Shown here: positions 9,086 to 17,963 of the stretch, in pieces
Position numbering within the stretch: the stretch's first letter is position 1
Layout: the number at the start of each line of letters is the position of its first letter
Origin: a virus
Virus record (IMG/VR): IMGVR_UViG_3300044904_000056
Span: 40,041-104,040 of that record
DNA: 64,000 nucleotides
Reading direction: 5' to 3' (one strand)
Position numbers and translations under genes: made by a program
The notes under the pieces: generated by a model
Seen by the model: the letters and a program-made list of their open reading frames with translations, nothing else
What the model was told of the DNA's origin: nothing
The model's database searches: none

Positions 9086-10264
9086 CTACGCTGCTGCCTT
9101 GCAAGCCTTCCCGAAGATTTTGAGCTTGGCCCCGAGATGAGACACGTCACCCGTGAACAGAAACTTCCCGGCAATCTTCGCCTCTTGCCAGTCCGACTTC
9201 TTGAGCCCCAGCTTCTCCAGCTTGGTCTTCGGATAGAGATAGACGCGAAAGCCTTCGTCCTTGTCCGGGCGGATGAATCGTGCCCAAGGCCCACCAGGAT
9301 ACTTGACATAAAGCTCCCCGCTGCTCTTGGTCTCAACCTCCGCACCCAGCGCCTCTGCCTTGCTAGACACTAGGATGTCCTTCACCGCACTGGAGAGCTT
9401 ACCACTCTTGGAAGACTTCTGCTTCTTTTCCTTGTGATGGTGATGCTTGTGTTCCTTTTTGGACACTTCCTTGTCCTCCTCTTTCTCGTGCTTCTTTTCT
9501 TCCCTGGGATGGTGATGCTTATGACCCTTCTCCTTCTTTCTCTTGTCTCCCTCCTCTTCCCTATTAGCTTTCAGAACTGCGATACAATTCTTGGACTCAA
9601 CGCAACGCTGGCACTCTGGCACATCCGGGTCGGGGTATTTCCCGAAGCAATCTTCAATTCCGGAGGGAATCGGTATGGACGGTGCCCGGGGTTTATACGT
9701 TGCCGGGTCAATCTGTACGAGGGGGGAGCCTTTCGACTCCCCCCTCTCGCTGCTGTCGTCCGAGGCATCCTCAGAGCTATCATCCTTCTTTTCTGAAGAA
9801 TCGTCCTTCTCTTTCCCGTGGTGCTTCTTGCTACCCTTCCTGCCCTTCGGAGGCTCTGGCTCCTCAGAGCTGTCGTCCTTCTTGTCGGAGGCATCAGAGG
9901 CGTCACTAGCATCGCTCTTGTCCGATGCGTCGCTAGCATCCGAGGCATCACTGGCATCTGAAGCATCAGAGGCGTCAGAAGCGTCACTGGCGTCAGAAGC
10001 TTCAGAGGAGCTATCGTCCTTCTTGTCGGATGCGTCGGAAGCATCCGATGCGTCGCTAGCGTCCGAAGAATCTGGAGCTTCAGAACTGTCGTCTGGCTCC
10101 TTCTTCTTCGTTGAGGACTTCTTGGGAGACTTCTTTGAGGACTTTGGAGTTTCTTCCTCAGAGCTGTCGTCAGACTTGTCCGGCTCCTCTTCCGAGGAAT
10201 CGTCAGCAGCCTTCCCTGGTTTTGCCTTGTGCTTTTTCTTCTTGTCTACTTTCTTTTCGGCCAT
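9086..10264 (-). CDS. Low-complexity Asp/Ser/Lys-rich protein with a C4 zinc motif
   Basis: (DAS)n tract, DDSSE-type blocks, K/H-rich blocks, CFGKY...CQRC...C; coupled to the sigma gene and followed by a terminator. Confidence 0.8.
   Translation of the reverse strand: MAEKKVDKKKKHKAKPGKAADDSSEEEPDKSDDSSEEETPKSSKKSPKKSSTKKKEPDDSSEAPDSSDASDASDASDASDKKDDSSSEASDASDASDASDASDASDASDASDASDKSDASDASDASDKKDDSSEEPEPPKGRKGSKKHHGKEKDDSSEKKDDSSEDASDDSSERGESKGSPLVQIDPATYKPRAPSIPIPSGIEDCFGKYPDPDVPECQRCVESKNCIAVLKANREEEGDKRKKEKGHKHHHPREEKKHEKEEDKEVSKKEHKHHHHKEKKQKSSKSGKLSSAVKDILVSSKAEALGAEVETKSSGELYVKYPGGPWARFIRPDKDEGFRVYLYPKTKLEKLGLKKSDWQEAKIAGKFLFTGDVSHLGAKLKIFGKACKAAA
9884..10070 (-). repeat. Degenerate 9-bp coding repeat encoding (Asp-Ala-Ser)n
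   Basis: Synonymously diversified GAY-GCN-WSN units. Confidence 0.9.
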
Positions 10265-10861
10265 CTACCATCCTCCTTCAGAGTCAACAACTGCGGTTCT
10301 TATTTCGTCCACTACACGCCGCACATCCCCACTTCGCATCCCTAGATACCCCCGGATGTGTCGCAGTTTGATGCGGAAGCTCTTTGCACCCCGGACATTC
10401 TGTCCCTGGGAAATAAGTTTGTTTCTCCGGCAGAAATCCCTCCACGCAAACTCAGAAACTTGAATTGGTGGGTCTAAAAGTATTTGCAGGAACATCCGGG
10501 CTTCACAGGAGAGTATCGGATATAGAACTTCCGCCCGTTCGTGCATCCGGTAAAGGAAGTTATCTGCATAGTCTGGCCAGTTGTCTGCCTCCCCTAATTG
10601 GACCTCAACTCCGTCCCGGCTCCAAGTTCTATCAAACCGGGAAAGGTCCCGAAGGCGGTTGTATAGGGCACGTTTGAAATATCGTGCGAAATAGATTTGA
10701 CCATCTGGGAATTCTTCGCAGCATTGGACCAATATGAGCAGGCCCTCTGCTTCTAGCTCCTCTGATGATCTACGGAAATGACCAGGTATCGCGTAGTGAT
10801 GCGCTACCCAGTGGATGAGATTCTTGAAACGACGCAAGGCAACGTCCGTATTGTATGCCAT
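10265..10861 (-). CDS. Phage sigma-factor-like protein
   Basis: FKNLIHWVAHHY...EELEAEGLLIL...FARYFKRALYNRLRDL (region 2-like) and a C-terminal HTH-like segment; ATG at 10861 after GGAGGAGG. Confidence 0.7.
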   Translation of the reverse strand: MAYNTDVALRRFKNLIHWVAHHYAIPGHFRRSSEELEAEGLLILVQCCEEFPDGQIYFARYFKRALYNRLRDLSRFDRTWSRDGVEVQLGEADNWPDYADNFLYRMHERAEVLYPILSCEARMFLQILLDPPIQVSEFAWRDFCRRNKLISQGQNVRGAKSFRIKLRHIRGYLGMRSGDVRRVVDEIRTAVVDSEGGW

Positions 10862-10895
10862 GACGCTGGGATACGCCTCCTCCAAGGCGAGTCGG

Positions 10896-10924
10896 AGTCT
10901 ACTACTAAACTCGGAGCGAGTAAA
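10896..10924 (-). promoter_or_regulatory. sigma70-like promoter of the phage sigma gene
   Basis: TTTACT-N17-TAGACT in the intergenic gap. Confidence 0.65.
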
Positions 10925-10943
10925 GGAAAATTTTCCCCTTCAC

Positions 10944-11579
10944 CTACTTGCCTATTTTGGCTTTCCGGCGAGGCGTGGAAACCTTCTGACTCCTGGAAAG
11001 CGGTCTCTTCTTGGGAACAGCGGCTCTCTTGGTTTGCGCTTTATTCTTGCCAATTCTTCCTCCGTGTACACGACGTACTCGACTGGGATTTTTCTTCCAT
11101 GCGTTGATGGAATGCTTAGGACCACGTGGCGCTTTCCGGTTGCTGGGTCTACTCTTTCGCTTTTGAACTTTGCTTCTGGGATCAGTTTTCTCAGGCTGGA
11201 CAAAGTCGCATTTGCGTAATTTGACCTCGGCTCTACGGATGCGCTTTGGGAAGGACTCAGAGCCGATGAGCTTCCTGCACTTGAGACAACGGACTGTGCT
11301 TGCACCTTCTACCTCCTCTCTGCCTGATGGGCAATGGCATATCTCTGAAGGTACATCTCTTGGGAATCGGAGGGGCCTTGGATACCGCTTGATTGACCGG
11401 GGAGTTCTGACCGTTATCATACTCCAAAACCAATTTTGCCTAGTCTGGTCTTTCTGGGTCCACACTTGTACCCCAAATTTGGGGAGCAATTTGTAGACCT
11501 TTCCAGTGCGCCCGGTAACGGTATCCACAACATACGTCACTCCAGGGATGATAACTTTCTCACCGTAGGCCCCATCCAT
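10944..11579 (-). CDS. Hypothetical protein with CxC...CxxC (3' half may be read in another frame)
   Basis: AGGAGG RBS and upstream GCGTTCTAT motif. Confidence 0.6.
   Translation of the reverse strand: MDGAYGEKVIIPGVTYVVDTVTGRTGKVYKLLPKFGVQVWTQKDQTRQNWFWSMITVRTPRSIKRYPRPLRFPRDVPSEICHCPSGREEVEGASTVRCLKCRKLIGSESFPKRIRRAEVKLRKCDFVQPEKTDPRSKVQKRKSRPSNRKAPRGPKHSINAWKKNPSRVRRVHGGRIGKNKAQTKRAAVPKKRPLSRSQKVSTPRRKAKIGK
10952..11305 (-). CDS. Hypothetical overlapping ORF ending in LFPR/RFPG/RFPR
   Basis: Protein-like 3' half; no clear start of its own. Confidence 0.45.
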   Translation of the reverse strand: MQAQSVVSSAGSSSALSPSQSASVEPRSNYANATLSSLRKLIPEAKFKSERVDPATGKRHVVLSIPSTHGRKIPVEYVVYTEEELARIKRKPREPLFPRRDRFPGVRRFPRLAGKPK

Positions 11580-11599
11580 TCCCGTTTCCTCCTGATTGA

Positions 11600-11608
11600 A
11601 TAGAACGC
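11600..11608 (-). promoter_or_regulatory. GCGTTCTAT motif
   Basis: 21 nt upstream of ATG 11579. Confidence 0.6.
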
Positions 11609-11657
11609 TGAGTTGTTGATAACAGGGGGCAGAGGGGGTGGTTCAAGCCCCCTCTTC

Positions 11658-12347
11658 CTACTTCTTTTTCTTCGGAGCGACCACCTTCACCTTCGCAGCC
11701 ACGTACTCCTTCAAAGGTTTTGCTGGCGAAAAGCGTATCTTATTACTTGCTGGCTTCGCAGGGAACGTCTTATGCTCCCCTGTGAATGGAACGATTCCCT
11801 TTCGTTTTGGCAGGGCCTTCCGGTAGGCAACCCGGATACGGCCAATCTCCGGCAGGCGGAAGAATCGGTCATTCTTCAGACCGTGGTGAGCTTCCGTCAC
11901 CAGAGCTTCGTAGATGGACCGGACAATTTTGGTTGTCTGGCCTGTTTCCTTCGCAATTGCAGTGTAGAGTTTCATCTTGCGTGATTCTCCTTTGTCTCCC
12001 TCTTTGGGGAATATGATTATGTACTTCTGCCGGGTCCGGGGTCCGCTATAGAGCTTCGCACCAAAATGCTCCTGGAGGAGGCTGATAATCTCCTCAGAAA
12101 GGTGCGTGGTGTAGCAGCCGTGAAACTTCTTCACTACGATTTCGTGAAGCTGTTCCTTGGGTACGTTGAAATAGTCAATTCCTAGACGGCGGTACAAATT
12201 CGCCATCTCGATATCGGCGTGGGCTCCTCCGTGGCGGAGGCGTTCTAGTTTATCTGTCTTTTCCTGACGGAAGAGACGGTTGTCAGCGAGACGCTTTGCT
12301 TTTTGTTCGGGAGTCTCGTTTGAGGTTATGTGGAAGGCGTGACTCAT
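11658..12347 (-). CDS. HU/IHF-family DNA-binding protein (domain from internal ATG 11975) with an in-frame N-terminal extension
   Basis: AIAKETG...FRLPEIGRI...RKGIVPFTGE...PAKPASNKIRFSPAKPLKEYV; AAGGAG before ATG 11975. Confidence 0.85.
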   Translation of the reverse strand: MSHAFHITSNETPEQKAKRLADNRLFRQEKTDKLERLRHGGAHADIEMANLYRRLGIDYFNVPKEQLHEIVVKKFHGCYTTHLSEEIISLLQEHFGAKLYSGPRTRQKYIIIFPKEGDKGESRKMKLYTAIAKETGQTTKIVRSIYEALVTEAHHGLKNDRFFRLPEIGRIRVAYRKALPKRKGIVPFTGEHKTFPAKPASNKIRFSPAKPLKEYVAAKVKVVAPKKKK

Positions 12348-12634
12348 CCCCTCTTGTGCTCCTTCTGCCGTAGGAACTCTACTAAATTTTCAGTGTGCTT
12401 GCAGACGTGTGGAACTGCGTTCAGGACGGCCAGAGGCGCACGAAATTGTCCTTCAGGGCAGGTACAGAATTCGATTTGCTGACGGGTCTTGGCGTTGACG
12501 AGCAGAGTGCAGTAATAAGTCTTGCCTGAATCCCCGCTCGTTATTTTGTAGATGAATGCTGCCCAATCCTCCGGAAGTCCTAATTTCACATCATCCCGGA
12601 GCTGGACTTGGTCATACTTCCAGAGTTTAGACAT
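12344..12634 (-). CDS. SWIM zinc-finger protein
   Basis: FCTCP...CKH. Confidence 0.65.
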   Translation of the reverse strand: MSKLWKYDQVQLRDDVKLGLPEDWAAFIYKITSGDSGKTYYCTLLVNAKTRQQIEFCTCPEGQFRAPLAVLNAVPHVCKHTENLVEFLRQKEHKRG

Positions 12635-12818
12635 TGATGGTACTCCTTCGCTGGTCGTAGTTGTAGAGGATGGCCTGAAAGACAAGCCTTGCAACTTCCT
12701 GGTTCTCTAAGGCAAGGTTGAAGACTTTGTCAAAGGACTTCTCATCATTCGCCTGGAGACTCCTAACAAGGCACTCAAATACAAACTTCTCCCAGCTCCT
12801 CATCGTCTCTGTCCTCAT
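12627..12818 (-). CDS. Hypothetical protein
   Basis: Coupled small ORF with RBS. Confidence 0.5.
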   Translation of the reverse strand: MRTETMRSWEKFVFECLVRSLQANDEKSFDKVFNLALENQEVARLVFQAILYNYDQRRSTINV

Positions 12819-13108
12819 TGCTTCTCTCCCTTGAGGTCTCGGGAGTCGTACTCCGCTGAGATGTATTGTTTGAGACAGGTTAGGTTCCCATCAGAGCCTT
12901 CAATCAACCACCAGAAGTCCTGCATCTCTCGCACCATCTCTTCCATCTCCTCAAGCTCCTCTCTCCCACTTGCTACTGAGAAGATTCGCTGGAGTCCAAG
13001 CGGTGTCGGTTTGGAAACTAGAGGAGCAAGAAGGCGCAGACCAGCCCGTACATCCCACAGGCCTGCACGGATTCTCGAAAGCTTCTCACGGTTACTTAGC
13101 CTTGGCAC
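12815..13108 (-). CDS. Hypothetical protein
   Basis: GGAGGAGG RBS, coupled. Confidence 0.55.
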   Translation of the reverse strand: MPRLSNREKLSRIRAGLWDVRAGLRLLAPLVSKPTPLGLQRIFSVASGREELEEMEEMVREMQDFWWLIEGSDGNLTCLKQYISAEYDSRDLKGEKQ

Positions 13109-13301
13109 GGTACGCCTCCTCCCGCTGCTTTAGCTTTAGCAGGTCATCTTCCAATCCTAGGGCCTTCGCAATCCGCAGGTAGACCTCACTCACAGTCGTA
13201 TCCGCTAAGTGGATAGCTTCGCCTCCCGGAACGTTCTTGCCGTCCTCAAAGGCGTCTATCCGGATGCGGACCATCCTCCGGGGTTTCTCTACTACTCTCA
13301 T
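13092..13301 (-). CDS. Hypothetical protein
   Basis: AGGAAGG RBS. Confidence 0.55.
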   Translation of the reverse strand: MRVVEKPRRMVRIRIDAFEDGKNVPGGEAIHLADTTVSEVYLRIAKALGLEDDLLKLKQREEAYRAKAK

Positions 13302-13395
13302 AGCAACCTTCCTTTCAAGCCCTCCTCAGGAGAGGCTGAACGACCCACTTTACAGACGATTTGAGCTGGTCTAGAGGCTAGGATAGGGCTTCCCC

Positions 13396-13758
13396 CTACC
13401 GGAACTCGATAGGACGGTGCTTCCGGACGGCCTCGTTCAAGCCTACGACTAGGAAGAGGGCCTGCACCCTATCGTCATCTTCAGCAGGCCAAGGACCAAT
13501 TACGACACAGAGGCGGGTAGCTATCTTCTCACATTGGCGCCAGGGAATCTCCGCAGTAGACTCATTAGCATAAAGTATGTATGCCAGAGGCTCCTTGTAC
13601 GGTGGGGGAGGACAGGTTCCATCCTGCTTATGTGTTTGGAGGATTTCCCAGTTGACTCCTGCCAGAGCAGCCAATCTCTCCTGAAATTTCAGGAATGCTT
13701 CAGCACTCCAATGGGCACGTCCGAAGTTGAAATTGACACCTAGACTATCGTTCATCAT
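13396..13758 (-). CDS. Hypothetical protein
   Basis: 120 aa ORF, AAGGTG RBS. Confidence 0.55.
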   Translation of the reverse strand: MMNDSLGVNFNFGRAHWSAEAFLKFQERLAALAGVNWEILQTHKQDGTCPPPPYKEPLAYILYANESTAEIPWRQCEKIATRLCVVIGPWPAEDDDRVQALFLVVGLNEAVRKHRPIEFR

Positions 13759-13799
13759 GTTAGTTCACCTTCTCACCCAAGTTGGGGTGTGTTAGATTT

Positions 13800-14192
13800 T
13801 CACTTCTGAATCTTCCGTTGAACTTCCCTCAGACGGGCCTTCGTCCAGTTCCGAGCAGCCGGATGGAGCATGTATATTGGTTTGCGTAGTGGTACATAGC
13901 CACATTCCTTGAAAGTTTTCTGTGCTACCCTACCACACACTAGTATAATGTCTGGGTCAAGCCTAATCAGATTTTCCGCAAGCCAATCCGGATCGGGTTT
14001 GCCGTGATGTTTGGCCTTAGTGACTAATTCCCGACAGACATTAGTCAACAACAGCCGTTCTTTATTCTGTTCGCCCACCAGCTTGTAGAGCCTACGGCCA
14101 GAAGCGTTCAGGGGGTTGATCTTGAAGTAGCGAGGAGCACGGCCAGTTCGATAGCCCCACATCGTTTCGAGGACTGCTACGATTGGCCCCAT
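13800..14192 (-). CDS. Small divergent uracil-DNA-glycosylase-superfamily protein
   Basis: SGRRL, LTNVC, PDIILVCGRVAQ and LHPAAR follow the UDG-fold motif order. Confidence 0.65.
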   Translation of the reverse strand: MGPIVAVLETMWGYRTGRAPRYFKINPLNASGRRLYKLVGEQNKERLLLTNVCRELVTKAKHHGKPDPDWLAENLIRLDPDIILVCGRVAQKTFKECGYVPLRKPIYMLHPAARNWTKARLREVQRKIQK

Positions 14193-14193
14193 G

Positions 14194-15576
14194 TCAATTC
14201 ACCTTCTCTTTCGGAATTGGTTTAACTTCTGGAGTTGAGGCCGGGGGAAGAGTTGTTGCATCAGCAGGGACGGACAGGACGTGCCCGCCTTCGATGGAGA
14301 GTTTCATCATCAGGTCAACATCAGCCTGCTTTGTATTCGGAGAGTGGAGGCGCTGCATTCCGCGTTCAGGGGAGATGTAGAACATATCACCTTTCCCGAG
14401 GAGGTGTTCCGCCCCCTTGCAGTTCAGGATGGTCTTACTATCTGCTGAGGACGGGACTCGGAATGCTGCGCGAGCCGGGAAGTTGACCTTGATCTTGCCG
14501 GAAACAACATCCACAGATGGGCGCTGCGTTGCAGCTATCACGTGGATACCGGCAGCGCGGGACATTGCCGATATTTGGGCCATCTTATCGGTGAAGGACT
14601 TCTTCTCTGACAGAACGAGGTCTGCCATCTCATCGATGACGACGACAATATAAGGCCAGCAGTCATCGGGCTTTCCTTCCGCCTTCATCTTGTCGTTGTA
14701 CTCCTTGAGGTTCTTACACTTGAACCCGAAGAGGTTGGAAGTCCTACGGCGCATTTCCTGAATCAGCCTCTCCATAATCGAGAGGGCGTCATAGACTCCA
14801 GCAACCGGGGGCTGCATCAGGTGAGGCAGGCCTTGGTAGTGGAAGAGTTCCACGGACTTTGGGTCAATCAGGACCAGCTTCATCTGCTTCGGGGTACGCA
14901 TGTAGAGGAGAGAGGTTAGGATACCGTTGATCCAAACGGATTTGCCTGCGCCTGTTGAGCCTGCGATAAGTAGGTGAGGCATCCTCGTTAGGTCCTCTAC
15001 ATAGGGCTGACCGTTGGACTGGACTCCGAAGTTGATCGGCAGTTCCATATCGTCCCTGTGGGCGATTGCGGCCCCTAGGCAGTCCGCAAATTGGATCTCC
15101 GTTCTCTCCTTATTCGGTACAGAAATAGCAACCGCACTCTTGCCGTGAAGCCTCTGGATGGAGACATCTTCCGCTGCTAGACCAATGGCTAGGTCCTCGT
15201 TAATGTCCTTGATTCTCCGGAGCCGGGTATAGCGGTCAGGGCTGAACTCATACTCCGTAACGATAGGACCAACGCGGATATCCGTAACCTTCCCAGGACA
15301 ATCGAAGTCGCGGGTGCGGGTCGTTATGATATCCACTACCTTCTGCTGTTCGGGGTTGGCAGCTAGTTCCCGAGGGAATCGCTGGACGCCCTTTGGGTAG
15401 GCTTTCTTGCCCTTCTCTAGTCCTTCCTTCTCTGGGTCGTACTTATCGATGAGATTCCCGCAGAGCAGGCAGCGCCTATAAAGGGTATAACGGGAAATGG
15501 AAACAGCATCCTTTCCACCTACACCTTTACAGCCTCGACAAATCGCCAGCTTGAAGCCGTTCGTATGATCCTTCAT
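14194..15576 (-). CDS. ftsK: FtsK/SpoIIIE-family DNA translocase
   Basis: MPHLLIAGSTGAGKS, LIDPK, VVVIDEMADL, RAAGIH, ATQRPSVDV, GAEHLLGKGDM. Confidence 0.95.
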   Translation of the reverse strand: MKDHTNGFKLAICRGCKGVGGKDAVSISRYTLYRRCLLCGNLIDKYDPEKEGLEKGKKAYPKGVQRFPRELAANPEQQKVVDIITTRTRDFDCPGKVTDIRVGPIVTEYEFSPDRYTRLRRIKDINEDLAIGLAAEDVSIQRLHGKSAVAISVPNKERTEIQFADCLGAAIAHRDDMELPINFGVQSNGQPYVEDLTRMPHLLIAGSTGAGKSVWINGILTSLLYMRTPKQMKLVLIDPKSVELFHYQGLPHLMQPPVAGVYDALSIMERLIQEMRRRTSNLFGFKCKNLKEYNDKMKAEGKPDDCWPYIVVVIDEMADLVLSEKKSFTDKMAQISAMSRAAGIHVIAATQRPSVDVVSGKIKVNFPARAAFRVPSSADSKTILNCKGAEHLLGKGDMFYISPERGMQRLHSPNTKQADVDLMMKLSIEGGHVLSVPADATTLPPASTPEVKPIPKEKVN

Positions 15577-15601
15577 TCTCTCTTCTCCTTGCCCAGAGAC
15601 C

Positions 15602-15799
15602 CTAAAGGGTACTCGGGCGTTTCTTAACCTGAGCACTGCCTATGTCAATCACCTTCCTACTACTCTGGCAGATCGGACAACGATTCCAATGGTCATACCA
15701 CTGCAAAGTCGCGGCGATAAACCCGCCTATGGAGTTGTCCAGACGGTTTACCCTTTTCACTAGCCTGTTCTCAACTCGACATCGGCGGCTTTGCACCAT
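15602..15799 (-). CDS. Hypothetical protein (CxxC)
   Basis: GGAGGAGGT RBS. Confidence 0.5.
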   Translation of the reverse strand: MVQSRRCRVENRLVKRVNRLDNSIGGFIAATLQWYDHWNRCPICQSSRKVIDIGSAQVKKRPSTL

Positions 15800-15836
15800 G
15801 AGACCACCTCCTCCAGGTACTCGGGCTGTTGAATTG

Positions 15837-16058
15837 TTAGTCGTTGTAGACAGTAAGCATCACGCCGCAACGGCAGCGTCCCTGCCACATCGAGACTTTC
15901 GTCTGCCGGGTTGTCTGGAATGGTTTCAGTTCAGGGATTAGTTTCTTGCAGCACGGAGCAGCCAGCGGGACTCGGCTCTGCTCTAGGTCAGATAGCTTGC
16001 AGGAATAGGAGCCGTCTTTGTTGAGTTGCCAGACTTGTATTTGAGTAGTTTCGTTCAC
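15837..16058 (-). CDS. Hypothetical Cys-rich protein
   Basis: Coupled small ORF. Confidence 0.45.
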   Translation of the reverse strand: MNETTQIQVWQLNKDGSYSCKLSDLEQSRVPLAAPCCKKLIPELKPFQTTRQTKVSMWQGRCRCGVMLTVYND

Positions 16059-16786
16059 GGCTTCCTCGCTTTCCGGACGTACACCAAGTTGCCATTCGCG
16101 TCCTGAACAGCTATGACTTCAGTCTTAGAAGGATTAGCAGCCTTGGCTTTCGCTGCTTCTTCCTGCGCCTTCCGGGCAGCCTCTGCTATCGAGACACGGT
16201 TGTTAGCTAGACTGAGGGCTTGAAGGTTTGCCAAACGCTGCGCCTCCTCGATAGTGACGATAAGGTTAGGGCCAGACCAAGGGGAGTCATTAGTGCTTCC
16301 CCGCTCTGCTGGCTGTACGGGTCCGTGGCTGTAGGGATGGGGGCCTTCTGGCTTATAGACTGACTTCACGTTCTTGACGAGGCTGTTAGCCGAGTTGTTC
16401 CCCCAATCCGATGCCTGATTGATTGTTCCTGCATCGTTGAGAGACTGAACGTTCTGAGCCCCCGCATTGGAGGGAAGAACTGCAAAGAGAACTGCGACTG
16501 CTAGAATTGCGGATTTCATTTTCGAGTTTCCTTTCTGAATTGTTTTCTCCCACTCAATCACCAGGTTGTTCGTTTCCATACTGCCTGTCTCAGTCCTAGT
16601 CAAAGTTGTCTGCAACTTTTTGTTGTGGAGGAAACCTTGATAGGTTCTACCATCTAGTAATACCAGGACTTGGCCGGTAGGCACTACAAGTTCTGTCCGG
16701 CCATTCACCCAGTGAAACCGTACCAAACCACCGGAGTCTAATACTAGCTGAACGTCCTTCAGGAATGCCTTCAGGTTGTTTTTCAT
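16055..16786 (-). CDS. Hypothetical ORF; internal ATG 16519 begins a signal-peptide protein
   Basis: GGAGGAGG at the outer start; AAAGGA before MKSAILAVAVLFAVLPSNAGA. Confidence 0.6.
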   Translation of the reverse strand: MKNNLKAFLKDVQLVLDSGGLVRFHWVNGRTELVVPTGQVLVLLDGRTYQGFLHNKKLQTTLTRTETGSMETNNLVIEWEKTIQKGNSKMKSAILAVAVLFAVLPSNAGAQNVQSLNDAGTINQASDWGNNSANSLVKNVKSVYKPEGPHPYSHGPVQPAERGSTNDSPWSGPNLIVTIEEAQRLANLQALSLANNRVSIAEAARKAQEEAAKAKAANPSKTEVIAVQDANGNLVYVRKARKP

Positions 16787-17475
16787 TTCAGGCCTCCTCC
16801 ACTTGTCAGATTCAAGCTAGACAGCGGCTAGGATGCTCTCCTGAAAGTCTCTTGTTGCATTTCAGACGGCGCGATACAGAACGCGCCCAGATAACAAGAG
16901 TGCCTACTCTCAGATAGGCATTCAGAGCACCCGAGTCGCTGGACGGAGACGTTCCTAGCAAACTGCCTGCGGTATCCTCTTTCGAGGGCCTGATCTCCGT
17001 CTGCGCTGTTAGTGTTAGTGTTTGTAAAACTAGGTTCCACGCAGATTCACCTATACTTCGTTTTTACGTCCGTTCTGTCGGACGGTGGTAATATCTCGGG
17101 CCACCACGCCTAACCCTTTTGGATTCCTGGCTGGCTCTTTTTCCTCCGGAGAGGTATTTGTATGTTGAGCCGAGGTTCCGCACTCGAAAGTCCTTACGCG
17201 CCCTACTCGTGTACAGCGAATACAGGAGGGTTCAGACAGGCTACTCGGAAGGCTTTCGAGACTCCTACGCTTTACGGTTTGAAGTATTCGCAACCCGGTT
17301 CAACGTCAACCCTCGACTTTCCCTGTTCGGTATTTCCGCTATGCAGGCCATAAGCCATACGCGAAAAGGAGCCTAGCCCCCGAGACCGTCGTCGGTGGGG
17401 CAGAGGGTATATAAAGGATGTAGCTGAATCGGTGGAGGTGGGAACTCTCTACGGGGGAAACCCCCGTGCTACCTA

Positions 17476-17634
17476 CTACGCAGCGGTAGCCTGCCGGATA
17501 ATCTGTTTCGCCGTCCGGATGACCTGTACGGGGGTCATGTGCTTGATTCCCCGCTTCCCGTGGCGGACCTTCGCAAATCCGCGAACGAGGGCACCCGTAA
17601 GAACGAGACCAGAATTTTTGGAATTGGTTTTCAT
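17476..17634 (-). CDS. Small basic early protein (52 aa, not in the track)
   Basis: TAGGAG RBS, MKTNSKNSGLVLTGALVRGFAK...RQATAA*, followed by the ACGGGGG/CCCCCGT hairpin. Confidence 0.55.
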   Translation of the reverse strand: MKTNSKNSGLVLTGALVRGFAKVRHGKRGIKHMTPVQVIRTAKQIIRQATAA

Positions 17635-17963
17635 AACGTCTCCTAGGGTGATGGTTTCACCCGTAGAGAATTCCGTCTCCTACTTCTCCGCGATATGGGG
17701 TAACTCGAATTGCTTTCTCTCCCGAGGCTGTTCCCCGCCTACTCCTTCCGCCGTTTCCGAGCTAAAAAGCTCTACGCGGTAGGACTCTAGGAGAGGCCGT
17801 CCGGAACGTCTCCGGGGCCTCGGGCTTTACTTACTTTCGGCTTTGCGTCCTTAATGCCCTAGCGTTTTTCGCTCCGGTCGGACTATTTTAGGTTAGTCCG
17901 TTAGGAGGTTCTCTCCTATGTCCGTGGCCTATCCCCGCTCTGCCTTTTCGGGATACCCTTTAT

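Noticed and set aside
9884-10070. Repeat tract as a CRISPR array
   Set aside because: Degenerate 9-bp coding repeat with no spacers and no cas genes.
16828-17293. Track ORFs 16828..17040 and 17051..17293 as real genes
   Set aside because: Weak starts and no recognisable protein features; the region is better explained as structured non-coding sequence, though 16828..17040 cannot be excluded.
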